Assembly: GCA_030704615.1 (NCBI GenBank) | Contig: CM060732.1 | Span: 74,152,001 to 74,216,000, forward strand | From: Takakia lepidozioides | Lineage: Eukaryota; Plantae; Bryophyta | Direction of reading: 5' to 3' | Length of the DNA stretch: 64,000 nucleotides | Shown: positions 50,261 through 62,527 of the stretch, in pieces | Layout: each line of letters begins with the position of its first letter | How positions within the stretch are numbered: position 1 is the stretch's first letter | Notes under the pieces: model-generated | Databases searched by the model: none | What the model was told of the DNA's origin: nothing | Seen by the model: only the letters and a program-made list of their open reading frames with translations | Program-made: the position numbers and the translations under genes

Positions 50261-51527
50261 TTGGCAATGCCCTCAAAGTTTGAGAGAAGATGCAAAATGA
50301 ATGAAAGCGCACATCTTGCAAGACCTTATGCAAATACATTAAATGGCTTACATTACTTATGTGTATCATCAATCCAGAAGGTCCAAAATTTTTGAGGCAT
50401 GTGCTCCATCCATATTATTCTCTGACAGAAACAACTAAATGGACTATCCCCTATTTTTAAGACGACGGCGCCGTTGTTGAGATCTTAGAATCCAATGTAC
50501 TGCCTTCTTCTTATGAGCATATGAAACATAAATGCTCTGCATGTTTCCATTTATTTTACAACCAATCGTTGATTAATCGTCCAACTATGAACTGACACAC
50601 TAGACGGCACAATTTATTTACAATCAAATCCCATGACATGTATGTTGATTTGTTCTTTGATTACTCATGTATGAGTAATGAGTACAAGTATTTGTGGCGA
50701 CAATTGACTCTAAAACCAATAAATTGATTAAGACACCCATAACAAAATATTTAGTTACTTTATCACTTACTTTATATTGTATTATGAAGGCATCGCCACA
50801 AAGTAACATGTCAATCGTACAACCATCTTCTGAGGATCCACGTGTAACCCATGTAGTCCAAAAAGCACTAACGCCAGAGTGTATAAAAAAGGTTCACATT
50901 TCAGATTTGGCCAATTTGGCCTTAGCCCTTCACCCTCGCCCCCCTTTCCCCCCGCTCTCCTTGGCGGGGGCAGGTTTGAACCCGCAACCTTGTGGAAAAT
51001 ACACCACAACCTTACCAACAAGCCATGCTCTATTCAATGAAACAACCTCTACTTTTTTGTTAATAAACTGTTTCTATTCAGTTAAGCTTGTTTCCATTAC
51101 TACACTAACGTAGTCTAGTATACTTGCACATTATCCCTTGCCACTCCCCCAAACAAACACACACAAACTACACAAGCACTTAACACGTCTCTAGTCTCTA
51201 CACCCTGGAGACTCCCGTTGCGAAGTGGAGACGGAGGCGCCACATCTCGGCCTTATACTATACCACCCCGAGGCAACGAGCTGTTGCGGTGATGGGGAGG
51301 AAGAAGGACACTCGAGGGGGAGGCGTTGGTGGTGGTGGTGGTGGTAGAGGCAAGTTGCGGACGGAGAAGATAAGCTGTAGTTTTGTTTTTTTTCATGACC
51401 TGCACTTAGGCATATGCGCCATCGCATAAGCCCCACCAAGCTGCTCCCTAATCTAGCACCTCCGCCGGCGCAGACAAGTTGGGTGCTCAATGCGGACATT
51501 GAAAATCGTGGTTCCCTCAGGTCCATC

Positions 51528-54500
51528 ATGGATGGAGTGAATGTGTGAGTTTCCTTTCTATTCTTCATTTACTTTCATGTTCAATGTTGTCATGTTCTTG
51601 CTCAATGGATGTACATATACACATCTTCTTTCTAATGATCATATTTTATATGTGCAGGGCAACAAAGAGGGCACATGTTACATCCAAATTTGTGCACTTG
51701 GTTTGCAAGGTCAATATGATTGGCCTTACACCTGTCTCTGAATGGAAGAATGTATTGAGGAAAGAGCAATACGACGAATGCATCAAGAAAGCAGGAAAGA
51801 CTTGGTATAACCTGACAGTCCATGCAATGACAGAGATTTTGTACAAGGTAACATCATGTCTTAACCAAGTTTCATTCTTTGCATCCATAGACAAGATTCA
51901 CCTCTGGTTCATGTTATGAACTGTTTTGGTTCTTTTGGCAGCATGATATTGTTGAGGCCCAACGCATGGCGGGGGAAGCTTACAAACTTGCTGAGGGGCC
52001 AAAGAGTCAAGATGGCCTTGAAGATACAATGAGACAGGCTGGATTGAAAGCAAGGGAGCAACACAAGAGTCAGCTTGTGAAGTTGCTTCCTATTGCTGAT
52101 CCAACCCTTGGAGAGGGGTTTCTCCAAGAACTTAAACTACATTGGTCACGTGTAAAGGCAGGATCGGAGGAAATGACCCAAGAGAAAATGGTGAACATTG
52201 CTACCGCCCGGGTGGATCCTGAAGAAAAGGTGGAATGGCTACATATATGGAATGGAGACCAAACACTTCACGATCGTAATTTTTTTCCACCCGGGCCTAT
52301 CAGTGGGCCAACACTTGATCCTTGGCTGAATAGAAGGACTTTTTGGTGGCAGGTACATATACAATCACTATCTTCTCAATGCAATTAATTCATTTTGTTT
52401 ATGACACATTAACATAGTTATTTAACTGACTGTATTTTCTGGCAGCTTCGCAAGGTTGCCTTGGCTCAGTTTGCCTTCTACACCACTCAGCTTGGCCAAT
52501 TTCATGTTGCCTTGGAGGAAGGAGAGAGTGAGAGTCTGGGAGACTACATGGATACATGGAAGATGACTCATTTCAATGAGTTGTTTCATAGAGAGTTCTC
52601 ATTGCCAAAGGGGCCATTCAGAGGCAATGATTGGGAACAACAAACAGGTGGGGAGAAGGTGGTGAGACGGATTTTATTCAGGTACCATCTTTCCATTGCA
52701 TTGTACATGGATAGTGTATACACCTTGTAAGTCAAAAATGTCTATGCTTCAAGTATTTTTCTAGTACATTGGGATATACATGTTTCTTAATGTGCTTGTT
52801 CAATTGTTGAACAGGTTGCATAAATATTTGTCTCCACAATAACTTTGAATGTGTTTGTATTTTAGGTACATGAGATTTGTGCTTGTACCGAGTGATCGAC
52901 TTAAGGCTGAGCCCAAGTTTCTGATGGCCTGGAAGTTTGGTGCTCAACAAGCTTCCATGTACACACCTGCAATTGAGGAAGATTGGGGTGTGGAACACCG
53001 GGAAGGGGGGGTTGGTATTTGGATATGCCCAAGGGTACTATCCCCTATGCAGAAATGGGACTTCATAAGGAATGTGTTCGTAGGCAGTCAGTGAATGATG
53101 AAGGGGGTATCTCCACTGAAGTCCCTGTTCTTGATCTGGAGCATGCAGAACAGATTGCTACACAGGCCGCTGACGCTGTAGCCCAAGTGGTCCCTGCCGT
53201 TGTGGGTGTACCAAAACGCAAATCACGAAAAAGAAAAGGTGCAGATGTCAATGCAGGTGTGGCCCCCAATGCAGGTGTGGCTTCTATTGCTGGTCCTATT
53301 GGTAGTTCTTCACATCCTTCAAATCAGTTGGTTGTAGTGCCTGCACCTACTACTCGAGGAAACAAGCCAAAGGCAGGCGAACATCCTTACAGTGCAGTGT
53401 CATTTTCTGGTGGTGCACCTAGCATGTATCGCATGAAGATCATGCCTACTCATTTCATTGATATGGTGGAGGCCTCAAGTACATCTCCTGAAAGAGAGTT
53501 TCCCCCAACAAACAAACTTGAATGTAAGGAATTCTTCGATGTTTTTATATCCTCATCATCCGGCTATTGACTCCTACATTTTCTGTATGTTGTTTGCAGT
53601 TGCCAGGAACTTGGTCTAATGTTGTGGATGGAAAAAGCGTGCATGTGGCTGTGGACATGATCATCGTGGACTGCCCAACTGGAATGCCTGTACAGGGCTG
53701 TTTGGATGGTGTACAGGTTCCTCCCTGGAATGCTTTTGATAAACGGTATTGGGAGTATGCATTCTCCATTGCTAATGACCTGTTGGATGACAATGGATGC
53801 TTGGTGTTCTTGCAGGGCTCCGATGATTCCTTTGCATTGGAGTTCTTTTCTTACTCCAGGGGCAGCTCCATTTCCGTATTATCAAGGAAATATACTTGCA
53901 TCAATACCACCCCTCTACACACTCAGACAGGAAAGGTAAAAATCATCCCTCTTCAATATCTCATTGTTTGATGTTTCATCTTCCTACTCTCATACATATT
54001 ATTAAACCATCCGGGTGCACTGTTTTTGTGGAAATGGCACGTCTAACAGACCATGTTCTTCCACGCCCATGTCCTCACCAAGCAAGGAGGACTATTCAAA
54101 CTGCGTGAGTCTGGCAAAGTTGTGGACCCCCTTGCAGACCCTGTTGAGTTGGATGCCATCTACAACCACATTCCAGATGTTGCACTACCCATGCAAACTC
54201 CTCAACAAGCCTGGAGGGGTGCGCGAGACCGTAGTCCCGCCTTCATGCAAGTGTTGTTGGAGACATGCTCACCTCCTGGCTCCCGCATTTTGGATCTCAC
54301 AGCTAGCACAGGTTTGCATTGGTCTCCATTTTGTAATTAAAATCTTCTGAGCTGATTCATGATCATTAACTGTTATCCGATATAATATCATCATTGCATG
54401 TTTTTTTCCTGCATGTTCTACATTTATTGCTGCCCGCGAGTCTGGACGTCACGTATTTGGTCTTGAGGGGGACCAGACGTTGTATGCAGCACGTCTCTCT

Positions 54501-54636
54501 GCACTTCAAAATACTCAACCCGTTTTGGTTTCATCTGTGGTAACTCCAACCATTCAAAGTCCTATGAGTTTGTTGGAACCCCCCCCTCCTAAGGTGGCGC
54601 GCAAGCTTGGTCTTCATCTCGGCAGTACTTCCTAGT
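51528..54636 (+). CDS. Multi-exon gene with C-terminal beta-class N4C/N6A methyltransferase-like domain, copy A
   Basis: Approximate exons 51658-51847, 51941-52351, 52446-52681, 52866-~53520, 53600-53935, 54049-54311, ~54420-54636. Motif IV-like DMIIVDCPTG..VPPWN precedes RSPAFMQVLLETCSPPGSRILDLTAST|G and GRHVFGLEGD. One frameshift in a G7 run at ~53006. Confidence 0.68.
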
Positions 54637-55974
54637 GAGTATGTCTTGCCTCCATTCCCTTTGTTGCAATCTCAAAGCAAACCATTCCCATTTGATTTGT
54701 TAACATAAGTATACATGTATGTGTGATGGGATTGTGCGGACCATCTACAATAGTCTACCCCAAAGTCCTCTTTCATCGTTTTATTTACCTTCGTATGCCG
54801 AGTCCCAAGCTTTGCATTCAATACATCAACAACGTGATTTAGGTCTTTCCAATGATCTGTTGTTTGACCGAAGAGCAGCTATTGTTGGACAATCCGTGGA
54901 TAGGTTGCGTAGAGTTGAGGCTTTCATGGATGTGTATGCCTTTGAATCACAGGCTTATGACACGGATGATGAAGTATTAGCTGATGATGTTATGTAGGTA
55001 ATTAGAAATTGCATATACAATACATTGTCCTCATTGTCAGTCCGAATTTTTTGTTATTTTTTATGATACATGTATTTCTCTCTAGTGTAAGGTAAAACAA
55101 ATGGGGCAAATGACATGGTGTTGAAATCAGATTTCATGTTATCTTCCTGTCATTTGATTTATCTATGTAATAGTTTGTACATAGATCTCTACTGCATTTC
55201 GTAGATCCCTTTACCTTAATACAAGTTCGACATGCACTTCAGCACTATCAAATTTCATCATTAGTAAGATCAACCCTTATGAGTATTGTGGCATGTTATG
55301 TACACACAGGGTGACTATCTTTATCTCATTAGTGTTTCATTTCATTAGTGTTTCAAGTCTGAATGGGTAGTGTAGTGGTATGAACTAGGCTTGATACCCG
55401 ATAGGTTGTGGGTTCTATCTCTGATGGACATTATGTTTTTGTAAAATAAAAATGTTTCAGAAGATAGATATATAGATACTGCAAAACCTATGTAACAAGC
55501 TCCCTGGCATTGTCAAGCTCCCTAGCATTCCCTTAGCATTGCTCCATTTTGAACTTCAAACTAGACTCCCACCATTGGAAGAGCCCGTACCTTCACCATT
55601 TGTATCTAACAAGGAGCCGTGCCTCGTCACTTTTTAATTTTTCGACCTTTTTTCTCATGTTGGAAAGCCATAAAAGCAACATGTTCCTCTCCCATTCCTA
55701 CACTCACCCATGTGGAATAATAATACAATGAATATGGAATATTCTATATAGAATATTCTTATTTCATCCTTTGATATTTTGACTATGGACCCTAAGATTA
55801 GATGAATCACAATTTTATTTATTTATTTTTGGTACCCTTATTTAAGTGTTGTGCATATAAAATTGTTCCTATGCATATCTAAAATTTGTATGCACGCATA
55901 CATTCCTCCATATGCATGCATTTGTGTGCGCATATAGTATAGGCTACCTCGATGAATGACGGATGGATAAGAGT

Positions 55975-56232
55975 AAAATGGATGAATGTATAATGGATGT
56001 TGAGCAATGACAAGAATTCATGACAGGAAGATGCATGACCAAAACTTTTGACGAATGCACAACGTATATGAAATGAGTGTGGAAGGTTTGTGGGGTGGAT
56101 TAAAGAGTACAAAGGATGAATGTACAATGGATGTTGAACAAAGGAAAACATTCATGAATGGAGCACGCATGAATACACTGTAGATGAATGCACAATGGAT
56201 ATGAGAAGAGTCAGGGAGGTTTGTGAGATGGA
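55975..56232. repeat. ~135-bp tandem duplication rich in GGATGAATG
   Basis: Two copies starting GGATGAATGTAYAATGGATGTTGA (~55980, ~56114). Similar low-complexity sequence at 46030-46200. Confidence 0.7.
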
Positions 56233-56693
56233 TTCATACATATTGCAATTTAAATGAAAGTTGATTATGTGATTATTATTTGTTCTAAAGGAACAACTAC
56301 GGTGGAAGAAGGGGATTCAACATTTTCCAGATAGTATGAAAATAAATATTAAAAGAATATAGTTCAGTCTGATTCTGAGTCAGTACAATGTATCCCCGCT
56401 TCCTCTGCATCTAAGTCTAAGTATTTTAGAACACCGGATCCACGCTAGATACACCTACGGCTGGGCAGTAAAAAGTCAGGGGATAGGGACTTGGCCGCGT
56501 GAAGTGTCATTGCTTCGGCATAAATAAGAAGCAGAAAATTGGAAAGGGGGCTGTCGAAAACAGACTCGCCAGAAATGACTGTATCTCCTGAAGATCCACC
56601 GCTGCCTATCCTGAAAGACAGGTTAAAAAAGTTATTACTGTAACTTTGATGTTATTGAGAAATTGAGTATGGCTCCCAAAGAGGGTTTAGCAC

Positions 56694-59625
56694 TTACTCA
56701 CATGAAAAGACGTTGTCGACTTGCTTATCTTCGGGATCGTCATCATTTCGAATTTGAATCCGATCAGTCTGTGTGCCTAAAGTGGAGCCAGACAAAAGGG
56801 GGAGGAGCACTGTGTTGTAGAGGTCAGAATCACCCTCCATGCCAAAAAGGCTTCTTCCGCCTGCCTTGCATGCATGGTAAGTTGCTCCTGCACCACACAT
56901 GAGGACATGAACAGTTTGGTGGGGGGGATTTAAGCAGATGAAACTATAATTCGGAAGGGAAAGAACGAACATGTGGACACAGAAAGATCGACCACCCGTG
57001 CAGAGTGGTGGCTGCATGACTCCAGCAGTATTTGCATGAATGCTGGGGACTTTTCCTTTGCACATCTCCAGGGAGTGTCATCTGGTCTCTTCAGAGTCTG
57101 ACTGGACTGCATGAAGTTGTACAAAATGTCATCGACATGGGGCTCATAGGGGGGGTTGACGAGATCTCAAAGCTGCGGATGGAGGATGGTGTCTTGGAGG
57201 TGCGAATCATGCGCAGGCAGATCGCCTCGAACATCCTCGTCTGCCAAAGATAGCATGTTAGTGTGGTAAACACAATCTATAGTGAAAGTGTGTACATCGG
57301 CTATTCAGAAATCAGACACAAAAAAATCATTTTTATCACGAATCGGTGATGATCGTTGTCGATCATAACAGATTCTACTAGAGTGGAGCTGCAGAGAACA
57401 TTGAAACTCATCATGAAAGCACAAGCAGAAGGGAGACGGCATACCAGCTGACCAGGGAAACCCCCTTTCACAAGGTAGAGGCTGTTCACACAATTTCATG
57501 TACGCAAAACTTCAAACCCTGAAGACTTGAGGTATGATGCCAATGCCCGACGACTATCATTGTCACATGACTGAAAAAGCAGAAGTGTCCCTGCATCAGA
57601 GAGGAAGTTATTACAGAACCCGAACACCCAACTCCAGTAGTTGTCCTCGAATTTGTTCCAGCCTGGCGTCTTGCCATTTGGAAGAACTTCTGGCACGGCC
57701 TGGCCATCCGGGATGTCGAGAATGACAATGTCGGCCGCATATGTTTTCTGCACACCGCACACAAAGGTGGGACTTGTGCTCACCTGCAACAGACATGTTT
57801 TTTTATAAGAACGATGGCAAGAATGTTTTCAAAGAACGAGACTGAAATACTGCCAACAAAACTTTCAGAGAAAAAGGAAAGAAACTGGAATTCTCACCAG
57901 ATTGAGGAATGAGATTATATTGTCCCAGGTAGGCGAAGGCACCCCAGTGTATCCTCTCTTTCGACTCTGCATCATCGACAGCCAACCCTCATTAACAATT
58001 TTCATCTCTCCTGCCGAATCAGAATGGGAAGGGTGTGGCTTGGCATCGAACACGCACTGAACAGTGCGGGTATATCTTCCAGCGTAAAGCCTACCCACTC
58101 TCCATCTCATTTTCTTTCTCCTTCCCCTTATCCTTTTCCTTCTCTTTGGACTTGTCTTTGTCGTTTGGCTTTGCTGGTGAGATGGCTATGACATCAACAA
58201 CCTTGTCTTTTGGTTTGCGGCCCGCCTTCTTTCCCTTCTGCGGCGTTCCCTGAGCATCAGGCTCCTTGGCAGCCAATGTTGCTATGTTTCGTTGGTACTC
58301 TTCGTCAGTCAAAGGCGCCAGCATCTCAGCGTTATTGTTCAAGTATTTCATATGTTGTTCTTGAAAGGTCGTGTGCTCCGGTGGGCAGTCAAGGTACCAC
58401 CCACAGTCTCTGAAGTGAAAAAGACTCAAGTCCTTCAATATCCCTACAGTATACATGGTTGGATCGTTTGCAGGGTCCGACCACATGTCAAGATAGTCTG
58501 GAATTCTGCTCAGGTGATTTCCTTCCATAAGCACATATTTCGTGTACCTGAAAAATAGGAGATAAATCCCAACCCACCAAAGCGCTCAGTGAGTACGATG
58601 CAAGTAGCACAGAATGAAAAAAACATAGAATGAAATGGCTCTGAGAACTGCTCCAAGGACCTTTCAGGACCACACGACTGCTCCGGATGTGAATGTCGTC
58701 AACGCCATTCAAAACATTCCATTCAATGATACTGTAAATACACCCTAATCCACGTGAATGCAAACTATCGTTTTGGAATGACACAGACATAGAAGTGAAT
58801 GTCGTCAACGACATTCACTTTGGATTTGTGAATACACTCCTAATCAAGCCTAATTATTTCTCAAATGAAGCAAAATCAAAGGATGGAAATCAGAAACTCG
58901 AGTAAGGAACCCTCCCGGAAAACTCAATGCACATTCATAACGAACATATCACTGAGGACCTCACAACAACACTGTATGTGAATGACGTCAACGCCATTCA
59001 CAAAAATACCAACAAGGAACCAATTACTTAGCTCCCAATCCATGTAAATTCAAATTGTCGCTGGTGAATAATACAGACACAGAAGTGAATGTCGTCAACG
59101 ACATTCACTTTGGATTTCTCATAACACGGCTTATCAAGCCTCCAGATTCCTCGCAAGAGGCAAAAACAATGCAGAACAACTGAATGTCTGCATTGACATT
59201 CAGCAAAATGAAGTGAGGAACCTTCACTGTAAACTCTATGGACATTACAAAAATTTACATAACTCTGAGGACCTCTCAACAACTCCGGATGTGAATGTCG
59301 TCAACGCCATTCAAGGACATTATCAATTCTAATCAGGGACACTATAATTACACCCTTAGATCCTAACCAGGTGAATTCATATACTCGCTTAAGAATGACT
59401 CAGACAAAGAAGTGAATGTCGTCAACGACATTCAATCTGGATCTATGATTGCAATCCTTATGAAGCCACATTTTTTCCCAAAAAAAGTAGTAGAGTTTCC
59501 AGTATGACATTGCACCTGTACACAACTCGCATCCGTTTTCGGATCTCCGGCGGCCTATTTTTTTGCAGAAATCTACGAAGATACCATCTACATGCGTTCA
59601 TTGTCGTTTTCTGAGGTTTTGGACC
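56694..59625 (-). pseudogene. Beta-class N4C/N6A methyltransferase-like gene, copy B
   Basis: Exon 59516-59625 splices to 58547 (R|YTKYVLM, same intron as copy A R|YMRFVLV). Also GWYLDCP; ADIVILDIPDG..TPGWN; KSPAFMQILLESCS..RVVDLSVST; GRSLFGMEGD. Stop at 57496-57498 and frameshifts. Confidence 0.7.
58689..59435. repeat. Array of six 24-bp palindromes GTGAATGTCGT-CA-ACGACATTCAC in a ~300-bp higher-order repeat
   Basis: Copies start at 58689, 58795, 58978, 59085, 59291 and 59412. The perfect or near-perfect form alternates with an ACGCCATTCA variant. Confidence 0.95.
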
Positions 59626-59649
59626 CTGTAGTGGGCAAAGGTTTATACA

Positions 59650-61109
59650 ATGTCGGGGGTTGTGAATTCAAGTTCTGGGGCAGGGTCGTCTGGGGATCGG
59701 AGGAAGAGAAAATGTGCCCACGAGCGGGATAGCCAGGTCAACAAGCCAGACTACCCGGGACCGGATGCCTTGGATATGGTGAAAGAAGTAGTAGTGGATT
59801 ATTTCAAGGGTAGGGACATGATGAGGCTGGAGAGTGCTTATGTCAGGCTTGGATGGGAGGGGTTTCAGATTTTCCAGCAAAATATGGAGAGGAAAATGAC
59901 AAACGTTTTGGCGGGGGCTAAGTGGATGGAAGACAGGGACAAACCGAAGTTCAATCGGTGGATCCAAAGCAGGGCGAAAGACGTCACGTGGAATTTGAGG
60001 CAGCTAATAAAGACATGGAAGGGTAGAGCAACCGAGGGTCGAGTGCCCTCCGCCGAAGCTGAGTTAATGCGGCATGTTGAGTATTGGGCTTGCTCGGCAA
60101 GTCAGAATTAACATCGCCGGACTAGGGTTGTCCTTTGGAAGGCGGGGTCATCGGGTGGGGGAGGCACAACTGGTCTTTATTACCTGAACTCTACTGTGAA
60201 GGTGGTAAAGATTGGCCCTTACAAAGAAGGAGGGTATGCTAAGGTCTGTCAGTGTAAGATTGTTGACGATTCTAGAATACCGGAGCGTTGGGAGCTAGCG
60301 GGAAAAAACCCAAGTCCAAAAATCCAGAAAAGGCGTTGAGACAACATAACGACGAGTGTTTGGCAGTGAAGTTCCAACATCCAGGTGTTATTTCATATTT
60401 TGCTGTGAATGCACGTGAGATAGAGGGTTACACTCGCTGGTGGAATGGGGGGACAATACGCGACATGATGAACCTTGACAGAAAATGGGGCAACGATTCG
60501 GACAATAGGGTGATTTTGGAACAAAGGGGAACGGAAGCAGAGTTCCAGGAATGCGATCGTTTGCTTCGTTTCCGGAAAGTGCGCAGTAAACTTGCATGGG
60601 CACTGGTGTGCATCATGGATGTTGTCCACAAGAATGGTGTCATGCACAACGATTTGTCCCCCGACAACATCTTGTTGCATTTTCCAGATGGCACCGAGGA
60701 GATCAAGATTGGGGTGTGTGATTGGGGCTTAGCCACCCCATTGGGCATACGTAAAGCCTCGCCGTACTTGTTTGAAAACCAAGACAAGCTGGACCGGGAA
60801 CTCGCGGTGGGTGGAAAAAGATATTGCATCGTTTTTTAATGCGAATGTCACGCCCCCCCTCCCCCCCCAAGGACATGACGGCGGAGGCCTTTGCCGTTGG
60901 GAAGATAGCGGTACGAATAAAGGGTGGCGCTCATTATGATCAAAGTATGTTCGAGGACTAATTTACGGGAGGTTGTTGGCATTCAATGTTACAAAGGTTA
61001 TACGACAACAACAAGAATGAGAGAGTCACATTAGCCCATGTAGTACTTCGGTTCATGGGCAAGCCATTCAATTGGCCTGAGCCGAAAGACGTATATAGGA
61101 CGGAGTAGA
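59650..61109 (+). pseudogene. Intronless atypical Ser/Thr protein kinase (frameshifted), TE cargo
   Basis: EGGYAKV glycine loop (~60227), LAGK, HPGVI, WWNGGT, HNDLSPDNILL, CDWGLA, AFAVG. Frame breaks near 60110, 60300 and 60820-60870. Confidence 0.75.
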
Positions 61110-62527
61110 CCATAGTCTCGTAGATATGAGATTTATGGCGGTACAATGGTTATTTTATGAAGACATAACTCAATTTTGATCGTGCATGTAATAAATAAAG
61201 TCCCATTGTAAATACTACATTGCATATGCTCGACCCTGACACATGTCATCGCAACATAAATGGTTTGTGTACTGGCTCACTGTTTATATTTGTAATGTTC
61301 CAAGGTTTCGGATAGGGTTATAAGAAAACGATGTATTAGTTCCGTAAGAGTTAGACAATAAACCTCTCACATCTCATTCAACTGTGCGATACTACCATGA
61401 GAGGCATGGATCGGAAAGTAATAGGTGCACATGCAACCTCCGAACGTTTGATACTAGGTCCAGCGAATGGTCTACTTGAACGTGCGGAGGTTGCATGTAC
61501 ACCTATTGTTTTTTTTATCTATGTCACTCATGGTAGTGTCGCACAGTTGAATGAGATATGGAACGTTTGTTGTCTAACTCATATGGAGCCAATATATCAT
61601 TTTCTCGGTACCCTGTCAGAAACATTGAAACATTCGAAGTTACCAACAGTGCCACAATACACGGCCGGTTTTGTTAAAATGACATCTGTGAGGTTCGAAC
61701 GTATGCAATTTATTATTTACAATGAAACTTTATTTACTCGGGGGACCGGTACTGCTGCTGGAGCGCAACTGATGGTGCGAGTTCTCTACTGATTACAGCT
61801 GTCACAATCAATGTCAACAATCATATTTACGGTAAGGTGTTTCATGTTATTGTTGTTCCTCTAGCTGAATTCTGTAGTACTTTTTTTGCTATTCCTGTGC
61901 CAACGTCCTCTGAGACTGTCATGTTCAAACGGACGTATCAGCCACCCCGGCCAGCTTGCAGGCTGCAGCCATAGCCCACCACAAATTGAATGAATTGGAG
62001 ATTTTGTGCGAAGTTCCTGGTTTCATGTCCGTGGTGGCTGATATGGAATTCGGAATACGGCAGTCGCAGTGGACCTAATGTTGTTGGCATGGGAGTAGCA
62101 AAATGATTCCTAAAGAATTCAGCTACTTGAATATCGACAGTATGAAACACCTTGCAGTACATATGATTCTTGAGATTGTTTGCACGGATTATTTGTGATT
62201 GTGCTTTCAAGTGGCGAACATTTCCGCCATGGTACGGAAGAGGTGCATTGGCCTCATTAAACGGTTGATGTGATACCATTTCACAAATGTATCACATCGC
62301 ATTTGTGAAAATGTATCACATGAACCGTTCCATGTGGCCTACGGGAGTCTTCGATGGGTACGAGATCAATGTGGCCTACGAGATCTGTTTCCACCAACAA
62401 ACATGTGATCATTTCAGAAGCGCTAGAACTTTGAAGCGACGATGGGCAAGGTTCTTCATCCAGATGTTCAACATGTTGAGGTCTTCTGTAATGTCTCTTG
62501 CTTCGTAATGAGGTGCTTCTCCAACTC

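Larger units (their letters stand above)
45844..55500. mobile_element. Large Mutator-like element A (transposase on -, MTase-like cargo gene on +)
   Basis: Begins with a GC hairpin that truncates the hAT region and contains two divergent genes. The right boundary is not resolved. Confidence 0.6.

Noticed and set aside
58689-59435. CRISPR array
   Set aside because: The spacers are 82-182 bp, unequal and related to each other in a ~300-bp period. There are no cas genes and the context is a eukaryotic intron.
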